Assembly: GCA_002633005.1 (NCBI GenBank)
Contig: NMRA01000214.1
Span: 332,414-396,413 of the forward strand
Origin: Phoronis australis
Taxonomy: Eukaryota > Animalia > Phoronida
Length of the DNA: 64,000 bases
Direction of reading: 5' to 3'
In this document: positions 23,915 through 33,505 of the stretch, in pieces
How positions within the stretch are numbered: the stretch's first letter is position 1
Layout: every line of letters starts with the position of its first letter
Made by a program: the position numbers and the translations under genes
The notes under the pieces: model-generated
The model's input: the letters and a program-made list of their open reading frames with translations, nothing else
Told to the model about the DNA's origin: nothing
Database searches by the model: none

Positions 23915-24615
23915 TTAATTGGTTCTAAATTAGAAGTTCTGGCACAACAAAACAGAATGGTTAAGAATATCACAAGATGGTCCAGATGTATGACACATGA
24001 AACAATGAGGGACTTGCACGTTTATTTCAACACTAGGATCGCTAGTGGTCAGGTCATTCCCATCACCAGCTTCCCACATATTAGCTACGGGCTGGTTTTG
24101 TTGGTGGTTTCTTTTATATCACCTATTGGTATAAATGAATAGAATTTGCTACGAACATGTTTGTTCGACTTTCTGAGGCTCCTGCAGATGTACTTTATAC
24201 AGTTGAAACAGAATGGTTCGTTTCTGTGTGCCAAGCACTGTAAGCAAAATTAGACACACAGATTNTTAATTGGTTCTAAATTAGAAGTTCTGGCACAACA
24301 AAACAGAATGGTTAAGAATATCACAAGATGGTCCAGATGTACGACACATGAAACAATGAGGGACTTGCACGTTTATTTCAACACTAGGATCGCTAGTGGT
24401 CAGGTCATTCCCATCACCAGCTTCCCACATATTTGCTACGGGCTGGTTTTGTTGGTGGTTTCTTTTATATCACCTATTGGTATATATGAATAGAATTTGC
24501 TACGAACATGTTTGTTCGACTTTCTGAGGCTCCTGCAGATGTACTTTATACAGTTGAAACAGAATGGTTCGTTTCTGTGTGCCAAGCACTGTAAGCAAAA
24601 TTAGACGCACAGATT
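23915..24615. repeat. 350-bp tandem duplication with an N at the junction (probable haplotype/assembly overlap)
   Basis: 23915-24264 and 24266-24615 differ at only four substitutions that I could find; n at 24265. Confidence 0.9.
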
Positions 24616-25515
24616 TGCATTTTTCTATGGATTCACTACAATGTAGTGCAAAGAGGATTTTTAATTGGGATTGTCATCGTCCAACGTGTTCCTATAGAAA
24701 TATTTTGAAGGCATCAAAAGAATGAAAGCACTACAGAAACACAGCCTCTGCCCTCAGCAGAGAGCTGTTGGAGCCCTACCAACATGTGATTTCTTTCACG
24801 CTCAATGTGGCAACATCTAAGCATGGGGGGCACACCATAGGGGGCTGGGAGGTATAGCCCCCCACTTTTTTCAGTGCTGTGTCGCCCATGCTATGCACAT
24901 ATCTCCTATAAACAGATGAACAGGAGATCTGTTATGAACTTTCTGATGCAACATGAGAGTACAAAGGACATGCCATTCAGATTCACAAGAGGTTGTTGTT
25001 GGGCGCACTTGACAGCCCACGAAGTCTGCATAGGACCCATTTTGCATATCTTACTTTTGGGGTGTAAAAAGACATTTTTTTCAATTTCAATTAAAAAATA
25101 AGTTTATGTAACGTTTATAACCGTTTTCTTAAAAAGACTAATGAGGAGACCCTCTACAAAAAGGTTATGTAAGTTCTCCAGAACTCCCTTTCAGTTGTGC
25201 TACGTGACCAGAAGGCTGCTAAATAGTTGAATCGTGAAATCGCGCCAACTTGCGGCACAATATGGAGAATTGAAATTTTACTTCATGTAAACCTAAGTAA
25301 CATTACGCTTAAGTTTTTACATGAATATAAGTATCACCCCGGTGACACTTAACAAGTGCTCTAGTGTTGCTACTGCTGTGCAATAGGTTGAAGTGGTATA
25401 GACACAACAATGTGAACAAGCTATTGAAAAAACAAAAGGGTCAAGTTTGGCAATCATTGTGGCCAAAAATGTTGAGATTTTACTGTGGCACTGACTCGAG
25501 CAAACCATTCATTAC

Positions 25516-27749
25516 CTGGACTCCTTCTTCACATCCTCTGGTGTCGCCATCTTACTAGCACCAGCACCACCATCGCCACCCTTGTCACCAGCTTCCTTCA
25601 GCTGCGCCATATCCCTCTCTCTCATAGCCTGCTGGTGTTCCTCTATCACCTGCTCACAGCGCATCCTGTACTGAGGGTCGTTGGCCAGGTAATAGAGGTA
25701 CTGGTAGTGTGCCTGTGGAGGTATGCCTGCTGCCAACAGCTGCTGTTGGAGAATCTGCTGCTGCTGAAGGAACATCTCTTGCTGCAACATCAGCTGTTGT
25801 TGATGTTTCGATGGCGCCTGCTGATGGGCGTCGTCGGGTTTGCCTGAAGCGCTTTTTCCATCGCCAGAGGGAGGTACATTGGAGGACGTGGGTGCGCCCG
25901 ACTTGCTGGGAAATTCACGCAACGAATCAGGCGGCTCCTTCTTGATTTTGACACCGCTGCTGCTTTTGTTGGCATCATTACTGGTACGTTCCACCGACTG
26001 CTCACGACTGCGCGGACTGCGACTGGCTGGTGACACAGCGGGAATCAAATGTGGTGGCTGCACGTAGTAGGGATACATCCCGTACGCCGCCGAAACGTTT
26101 GGGGTCGGCGTTTCCTTGGCCTGCGCTTCAGATGGCAGCTTAACCTCGGACGACTTCCTGCCACTTTCGTTGTCTAAAGATGGCGCCCCCTCATCGGAGA
26201 TATCCGAATACGCAGGGCTCGTCATACCGTCCGTGTTGGCACTCGCATTATTATTGTCCTGAGTAGATACCTTCAGAGAGCAGCCTATATTGAGAGAAGT
26301 AGGCGGGATAACTGTACGCGAGCACTCCACCTTTTTGGTTTTTGGCACTCCAGTCGTCAACGCCTCCTTGGTGTCTATCTTTTGAACCGCAATGGTACCG
26401 GGGGCAGGCTTGGGTGCTATCTCTACAGGCTTGGATGGTATTAATGCCGGCGGCGCAGGGCGTGCATTCACATCCTGTTTATTGGTTCCCTTACCACTAT
26501 CAATCCCGCCTTCTCCATCCCTGCCCAACTTGTGCAAGTCTCTGTTACGCTTCTTTTTCACTCTCTTGTCTTTAAGCCCGGCCAGCGGGTTAACAGTCGT
26601 CGTCTCGCCCATGATGGTTGGCTTCGGTTGAATGGGCTTGAGTGCACTTGTACCTACAGAGCTAACAGGTGTGTATGTCGACACGGGTGCTAGTGTAGAC
26701 TGGGTCACGCTCACAGTTGCATTCAACATTTTGGCAGCTGGTGCTGGCACAATTGGACGATTTGCCATTGACTTTTGTTTACCCTTGTCGAATTTGTCCG
26801 CTTTAGACGCCATCTTTTTGTCTTTGCTCGCCGAATTAATGTCCGACTTGAAAGATTCAGAGACGACAGGTGGTGTTATAGTTGCTACCGGGGCAACCAT
26901 TGTCGCCACGGTGACCACGGGTACTGACAATGTGGCCACGGTGCTGATTAAGTGTCCACTTGTTTGCGGCGCCAAAAACGTCGTTGGTGCCGACACTGTC
27001 GCGGTCACAACCGTCGAGCCCGAAGGCAGGCTGTGCACCGTTGACTTGTTCACAGTGGTGTTCAGGCAACCTAGAGGAGCACCAGAAATATGAAAGACTT
27101 GTGGCGTGGCATTCTTCGTGCCAGTCGCAGTGGAAATTGTTTTTGCTTCCGAAACTGTTTCTGAAGAAGCCACTGCTGACACTGAAACTGTCACGTCCTT
27201 TTTTGGTTTAATGATTGGCAAGTTCGATTTTTTCACACCATCCTCCTTAACATGTGCGTTATCCGCTGTAGGTTTATCTTCACTCTTATTTTCAACAGCA
27301 GGGGTCCTGCTGCGCTCAACAGAAGCCTCTTTTTTCTTCGCACCCCTCTTTTTAGTACCTGCCGGCTCTGTATCCTTGGCAACCGCTTCCTTCTCCTCCT
27401 TGGCAGCGGGGGGCGACGGGCTAGGAGCGGGCATGGAATTGTCGGCAGCAGCAGTGTCTTTGGCTGTTTCCTCAGGTTGCTCGGAGTCCAAATGAGCGTG
27501 TGTTTGGTGATAGCGTAATCCATTGATGTGCTTGTACTTTTTGTTACAGTTCGGTTCAGGACACTCAATAAGAGCGGGTGAGCTCGGACTAGGCTCGGGC
27601 ACAGGAGTGCTCCGTGAACAAGACCGGCTACGTTTGGCCAACTTGAGATCTTCATTACTGGAGGAGAGATCAAGTTCCGCTGGGCGCCCTTTGCGTTTAG
27701 AGCCTGTGGAAGGCGCAGAGGCATCGGACTTGGCTGGGCTGGGTGGGGC
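25516..27749 (-). CDS. ZNF608: ZNF608/609 orthologue, coding exon 5 (contains the single C2H2 finger)
   Basis: Acceptor tttcag|GCC and donor AG|gtaatg. [27 protein letters not shown] is the family C2H2 finger; also [13 protein letters not shown] and SPAYSDISD motifs. Confidence 0.95.
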
Positions 27750-28228
27750 CTGAAAGTAAAAGGCGCGATCTAAATCTGATGGAATATTTATCTCAAATCA
27801 ATATACTAAGAAAATTTCTTAAATATAGGCCCCAGAGCTTACTTTCGAAGATAAAATTACAAAATACAGAAAAAAAGTAATTTTTGATAGGGAAAATACA
27901 TTTGTTTCACATTTCGTGGTAATTTTATATAAAAGTACACCTATTTCCATTGTGCACCAATTACCAATTATTCAAACATAGAGGTAATCCCTAGTTACAC
28001 ATTTTCTATGTATAGTTGTAGCACCTATTTTCAAAAGTACATCTGTACTTCATTGGCCAAATATTATCCATTTCCCGTATATAAAGCAAGGAGATAACTA
28101 TCGGTAAGAATATCTTGCCGCCAAAAACTTAACAGCACATAAGAGCAGCATTTTCATCAACGCAACAAATTACCACAGCGTCACGAAACTTCCACTTTCT
28201 AACACAACGCTGTCGAGGAACAACAAAC

Positions 28229-28394
28229 CTGAAAGTTGGCGCCACTACCCCGTCGTCCCTTACGGAGCTTGCGCTCGCTGTAGCTAGACACGTCACTAAG
28301 CGGCACGTTGGACGAGGTTGCACGGGCACGTTTGCCCCGCCCCTTGGGTGGTCCCCGCTGGTCAAGATCGCTGACAGGTGAGTCACATGACAAT
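28229..28394 (-). CDS. ZNF608: ZNF608/609 orthologue, coding exon 4
   Basis: Acceptor ttccatcag (phase 2) and donor CAG|gtttgt; (R)LSCDSPVSDLDQRGPPKGRGKRAR. Confidence 0.9.
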
Positions 28395-28468
28395 CTGATG
28401 GAAGAAAAGACACCACATTAAGTTAAGATGGCATGAAAACTAAGCACCACAGTATATACAACAATGTA

Positions 28469-28800
28469 TTAGGTTACGTAGGACCCTCGAAAAATGGCTA
28501 AATTGGCAAACTTCGGAACATCGTACGTCAGAAATGGCCGATCGGATTCAGGTACAATGTTTCATGCACTGTTATCCCTTTTAGAAAATTGTCTTTAAAC
28601 GTTTCCACTTTTGCAATTTAAGGGTTCAAAGTCTTTGCGTGAAAACTTCAAAACCAGTTTAAAAGTTTGTAACTGTAGCACACTCCTTACATTCTGTGAG
28701 GGTGACTTAGCCAGAGATTATTACCGTTGTAACTGTGACTGAACACAGTAGTTGCGAAAGTTTTAACTCGGTAGGTGGCGCCGCTGTCAAAACTCATTGG
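28469..28800 (+). mobile_element. Dispersed repeat starting AGGTTACGTAGGACC (Kolobok-like terminus), copy 1
   Basis: Same terminus and following segment (..tcagaaatggc.gat.g.attca) at 49900 and 59500; the 59500 copy is preceded by TTAA. Right boundary approximate. Confidence 0.5.
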
Positions 28801-29032
28801 AAACAATGACACACAGAGGCAATATCAGGGATGAATAAGAAAGTGATAGCACTAACGACTAGTGATAAAACCACAGACTAGGATTACATCAGTTATAACT
28901 GTGCTGTGAACACTAATGTCTGAACCCAACTGTAGTATGCAACGACAAGATAACAAGATAACCACAATGTATATAAATAAGTAAATCTTTAACCCGCCAG
29001 GAAATATAGATCACAAACATTTCAAGTCTGGA

Positions 29033-29311
29033 CTGCACGCCGCCTGTTGGCCACATCGCGTGACCTAATGAATACGAGTCTGAAAAGATTTCTGCTCCCG
29101 ACCAGGAATCGAACCCAGGACTTTCTGCTTACCGTGCAGACAGTCTAGTCCACTGAGCCCTTGGGACCACCGGTCAAACACAGAAATTCAATCAGACTTA
29201 GCAGTGGGCATCCTGCCCATCAACTCGTAAGTGTAAGTCCCATTAGGGGCAGAAATCTTTTCAAGCTTTTGTTCATTAGGTCACGTGATGCGGCCAACAA
29301 GGAGTGTGCAG
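29033..29311. mobile_element. Foldback element: 66-bp inverted repeats enclosing a tRNA-like head
   Basis: 29033-29098 versus the reverse complement of 29246-29311 gives 54/66 identity with no gaps. Confidence 0.75.
29094..29168 (-). pseudogene. tRNA-like sequence (SINE head or pseudo-tRNA, nominal GGT/Thr anticodon)
   Basis: - strand ggtcccaaGGGCTCAGTGGactagactgTCTGC-acggtaa-GCAGAaagtCCTGG-GTTCGATTCC-tggtcgggagc has A box, anticodon arm and B box, but a mispaired acceptor stem and C instead of U33. Confidence 0.75.
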
Positions 29312-29923
29312 ACGAGAGTAAAAATGTATTGGACACTATACAGATGTAATGACAAGAAAAGAAAAATCATTTAACCAGTCTAACATTGCATGTCGGACAA
29401 CACTCGATTCCCATTGAGGATTAGAGTGCGAGTGAAGTCCAGTGTGAACGCAGTTTTACCAGAAAAACAACGGACAGAGGAACACAGTAGGCACCAAAAA
29501 CTAACGGACAAAATCTGATCACCATGACGAGAAATTGCCCACCTTTGTGGCTGCTCTTAACGTCAATTCCACCCGATTCATCCACTATGACAAGGGCTCT
29601 GACACTGAATTCTGAGCCAGTCTGTCCCCATTATTTTTAGCATGTATTTGTACTTGTTTAACTGAGATAGCCTAATCACAGACTGTGGCTGTAGGGTTGT
29701 GAGTGTCAAGTCACGTATGTAATGCGCATTGAATTGTAATAAATTACACATTCCAGCTAAGGGCACCAATACGATAATAACAAAGATATGTAAGACTGCC
29801 CAAACATCTTTTTTTCCCTGTACCCTACATTCACTTGTGTGCGACGGGTCAGTCAGTGGATAAATAGGCGTGTGACTAAAGCAAAAAGAGGCACTATAAC
29901 TTAATGAACACGTCTCCTGAGAA

Positions 29924-30007
29924 GCACGTTTTGATAGATTCTAATATTACCGTGCGTTTTGATAGATTCTAATATTACCGCACGTTTTGATAGATTCTAA
30001 TATTACG
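29924..30007. repeat. 28-bp tandem repeat, 3 copies
   Basis: cgttttgatagattctaatattac starts at 29927, 29955 and 29983. Confidence 0.9.
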
Positions 30008-30215
30008 TTCACACTGAAGTGGTGAATTGGTTAACTCGTTGAAAATAAAATACTAGCATTCTGTACATAGACCTCCCAAGGGACCAGTGAGATTGTACTA
30101 TGTTAGTGTGTAGGGGGGGAGGCACAAGGTGGGAGTTCAACTTCCTGTTCTGGGTAGTTCACTATACACCTACAGGTTCAATGACGTCAGCACTTTGTAC
30201 CACAGAGACACCTAC

Positions 30216-30303
30216 CGGGGAGGGGCCCAGTCATGCTTGGTGGCGTCCAGCAGAGTTCCAACAAATGTCTTTCCGCGCCACGTCACGTTGACTACGAGCA
30301 TTC
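30216..30303 (-). CDS. ZNF608: ZNF608/609 orthologue, coding exon 3 (88 nt, absent from the ORF track)
   Basis: Acceptor ttcttag|GA and donor CG|gtaggt. (G)[28 protein letters not shown](R) is the most conserved block of the family. Confidence 0.95.
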
Positions 30304-30448
30304 CTAAGAACAGACCAGGAGGTTATAGTCAGAGAAAGCTGCTCTATCAAACTTTTTATCGTCATGCCGGAAAATCTGGTTATACGAGGACTTGTTGGTG
30401 AAATAATACATTTTGGGGGGGACTGTTTAAATCCACATTTCGACCCCT

Positions 30449-30661
30449 TTAGCCGGCTAAGAAAGCGACAATCAGATTAGGTCCTCTACTCTTATAAAAT
30501 CGGTCTCATAATATTTCATACTTTGATAGGAGTCCATTTTTGTTATCAACTCTAGCTACACTGATAACAGAAATGGACTCCTATCATGGTACGGAATACC
30601 ATGAGACCAGTTGTATGAGAGTAGCACGGTCTAATTTGATATTCAGTTTTTAGTCAGCTAA
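30449..30661. mobile_element. ~210-bp palindromic (foldback) MITE-like element
   Basis: Arms are reverse-complementary along their length, with a perfect 16-bp pair at 30524-30539/30571-30586; ends ttagccggctaa and ttagtcagctaa. Confidence 0.75.
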
Positions 30662-32028
30662 GCAGCTTGAAATGCCACTTTAAAAATGCAGCTACTTTGA
30701 AAATAAGTTAAACCAATTGGGTTTCTTTAAGCCAGTCCCATAATTCTTGTTTTCAGCCCAGCAGCCATGACCTAGACGACCAGGAGTCCGCTCCCATGAA
30801 AATGACTTAAGTTCATTTTTGACTTAAGTCTAAGATTTATCTCAATTTCCAAACTTTGAAATTCTACATCCTGTAAGTTAATCAAAATTAAGACAAAACT
30901 TCAGTTAAAACTTAAATCAAACTTGAGATATCTTTCTTGAAATAGACTTGAGACAAATTTAAGTTTTATCTTGAAATTGACAGAAAATGGCAGAAATTTA
31001 AAATTTGTCTTAGCCAAGTCAGTTTTCTTTGAACAGGCTTCATTTTTCAGTCTAAGTTGATAAAACATTTTGGTTGACTTGAACCATTCCGTGAACATAT
31101 TGATTTGACAACAGAAAAGATGCAAGCTGTGAATCTCTTATTCAAGTTAATGGTTTTGCTCATGGCAGAATGCAAACAAACCTAATTTAAAGACCAATGT
31201 AGGCTTAACTGTCAGAAAAATCAGGAAAACAACAAAGCACGACACTTCTGTCACACAGTAATCTTAGGTTTCTATTCACTAACATGAAACCACTTCCCGA
31301 TTTACTTCACTCAATCCCACTTACACACAGACTTATCCTAGAACAACTTACATGGGGCAACTTGCTCCACTTTCAGCAGAGAGTCCACATAAATATATCC
31401 AATAACTAGCACAAGGCGCAAGTTGTCAGTCTGCCATGACAACGAAGAGCTGATGCCAACGGTGTGAAAAACGATAGGTATGTATGTTGCTACATGTGTA
31501 ATTATTTCCACCTTGCCCAGGTTTGCAGCCAAACAGTGATAAGAAGTGGGGCAAGTTACCCTACGACAAGTTACCCAACCTTGATAAGGCGCAGTAAGTT
31601 GTCACAAAAGGGTTAAGTTGTGCTAGTTAACATGGCGTCCACACTGCCTCCAAACCTAGCGACAACTCGTTCCAGAAGTAACGTATTCTAACATAAGTCT
31701 GTGTGTGGACGACACTTAAAATTCTACAGGGTGAGATAAAAAGACATGGAGTCACATAATTCCGGAGTCACATAATTCCGGTTGTTGTCCTGACAACTTA
31801 ATAGCCACATCTTGATTGGCCATTGCCCTACCAACACGATGAAGGTTCGGGAGTCCCAAAAACTAAAAGCCAATGCACTGCATTTCTTAGTGGGTAGACA
31901 TACAATGTAATTAACATGGAAACAGAGCATAAGAGGTAACCCACAGATATGCACCATTTTGGGTAAATACAGCAGCGCCATTGCAGTATTTGGGGATGTG
32001 TTTTTTCCTAGCAACTAACCATTCGTAC

Positions 32029-32203
32029 CATTCTCGGTTTCCTGCCAAACAATTCCCTCCAAGTTGACGCTGGTCCCCGGCTCACAAGGCCCTAGGCACT
32101 CCGGCTCCGTCACTGTGCCTATGCTGTTCGTCTCCACGGAGATGTCACGTTTGGTTGTTGCCATAGCGACGGGTGGTGACTGTTGGGAAGGGCTTGTATC
32201 CAC
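32029..32203 (-). CDS. ZNF608: ZNF608/609 orthologue, coding exon 2
   Basis: Acceptor attcag|GTG and donor G|gtacga (alternative donor 9 nt further). [28 protein letters not shown] is the family signature. Confidence 0.93.
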
Positions 32204-32549
32204 CTGAATCGACAGTAAATTCAAAGAGGAATCAACGACTGAAATCAATGCGATAATGCCATCTGGTGGTCTCTTCTCAATTTCCAGAAGTGAAATGTGA
32301 TATTTTCAATTGGCAATTTAAAGTCCTATGGAAACCATGGTTTCCTCATTCAGAGAGTGGAAGACTAGCTAGGTAGCATTACCAATTAAAACCATGCACA
32401 GGGGATCTTGGAATGTTAATTTAAAGGATAAAATCCACAAGCCACAATTTCGCGCCTCAAATGTCATGCCAAAGCCTTACGTAACAAAACATGCTTAAGG
32501 CTTAAGTAGGTTTATCAAATACCAACCAAGATTCACTTAAAAGGCAAAC

Positions 32550-33239
32550 CTTCTCTATCTTTATCTTCTTTGTGAATAATCCAGTGGGACATTTCTCGTC
32601 GTCTGTCTTCGCGTTGAAGTCGTACGGGTCAATGGAGCTTTCGGATCTCCGTTTCACAAAACCGTTCTGTTCTACTCCATTCAGTACACCACTATTAGCA
32701 CTAGGATGCGCTGAAGACAAGTTCGTGGCCGTGCCGTTAGTCACAGAATCAGTCCTTTTGTTATTAGCGCGTTCTTTCTTAACCCCCCGACCTTTGCCGC
32801 TGATTTTGCTATCTTTCTCGCCCAGCAAAGGGCTACCCGGATGTTTGCGTTTCTCTACACCTCCTATAAGACTCGAGCCGACACAGTCTATTTTGTCTCC
32901 CTTAGGCAAATCTGGCGATTTGCTCGAGCCCACTGTTTTTCGTTTAATTTTCATCTTCAGCCCTCGATCAACAGAGGACTGGTGCTCAAACGGATTATTA
33001 ACAGTCGTGTTTGCTTTCACAGATTTTACCAGTGACTTCTTTCCTCCGCTAATACTACAAGTGCCGCCGGTGTACGGTGGACTCCTCTCCAAACTGGGGT
33101 TAAGATCGATCACGAGGTTTCCCGGCTCGTCATCGGAGCCACTCTGATCAGGCTCAGCGCTTACAGTTCCTCGAGTACTCTTGCTCAGAGTCGTAGCAGC
33201 CCCGAGATCGGAGGTGACCAGCTTTTTACTTGAAGCCAT
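32550..33239 (-). CDS. ZNF608: ZNF608/609 orthologue, coding exon 1
   Basis: ATG at 33239 (MASSKK...), GNLVIDL and DRGLKMKIKRK motifs, donor AAG|gtttgc in phase 0. The exon begins at acceptor ttgtttcag (33308). Summed CDS is 4470 nt = 1489 aa + stop. Confidence 0.88.
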
Positions 33240-33266
33240 CGAAGGGCTACCTATTAGCAACTGCTG

Positions 33267-33307
33267 CTATCCCTCAACAAAAGTGGTCCTCATTAGTCAC
33301 TAGTCAT
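33267..33307 (-). promoter_or_regulatory. Two overlapping uORFs (MTSD*, MRTTFVEG*) in the ZNF608 5' leader
   Basis: ATG ACT AGT GAC TAA (33307-33293) overlaps ATG AGG...GGA TAG (33293-33267) through TAATG. Confidence 0.6.
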
Positions 33308-33323
33308 CTGAAACAAGGCGGAA

Positions 33324-33375
33324 GGAGCAATTAGAATGAAATCAAACACGGAGCAATTAGAATAAAATTAAACAC
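33324..33375. repeat. 26-bp direct duplication covering the branch-point region
   Basis: ggagcaattagaat(g/a)aa(a)t(c/t)aaacac at 33324 and 33350. Confidence 0.8.
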
Positions 33376-33434
33376 AACAGCTAAAGAAACTGATTTACCA
33401 ACACTGTATCTAATGTCAATATAAGCAGAAATCA

Positions 33435-33505
33435 TGTGTGGTTTGAGTGTGTGTGCAGGTGCGTGTGTGTTCGTGCGTGTGTGTGGGTTCGTGTGTGTGT
33501 GTGCG
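33435..33505. repeat. Imperfect (GT)n microsatellite
   Basis: Visible gtgt/gcgt runs. Confidence 0.8.

Noticed and set aside
29094-29168. Functional tRNA-Thr(GGT)
   Set aside because: Two acceptor-stem mispairs, C at position 33, an anticodon rarely used in eukaryotes, and embedding in an inverted repeat.
23004-33147. Many + strand ORFs overlapping ZNF608 exons (23164, 26632, 27106, 32572 and others)
   Set aside because: Antisense shadows of GC-richer coding exons, with no independent signals.
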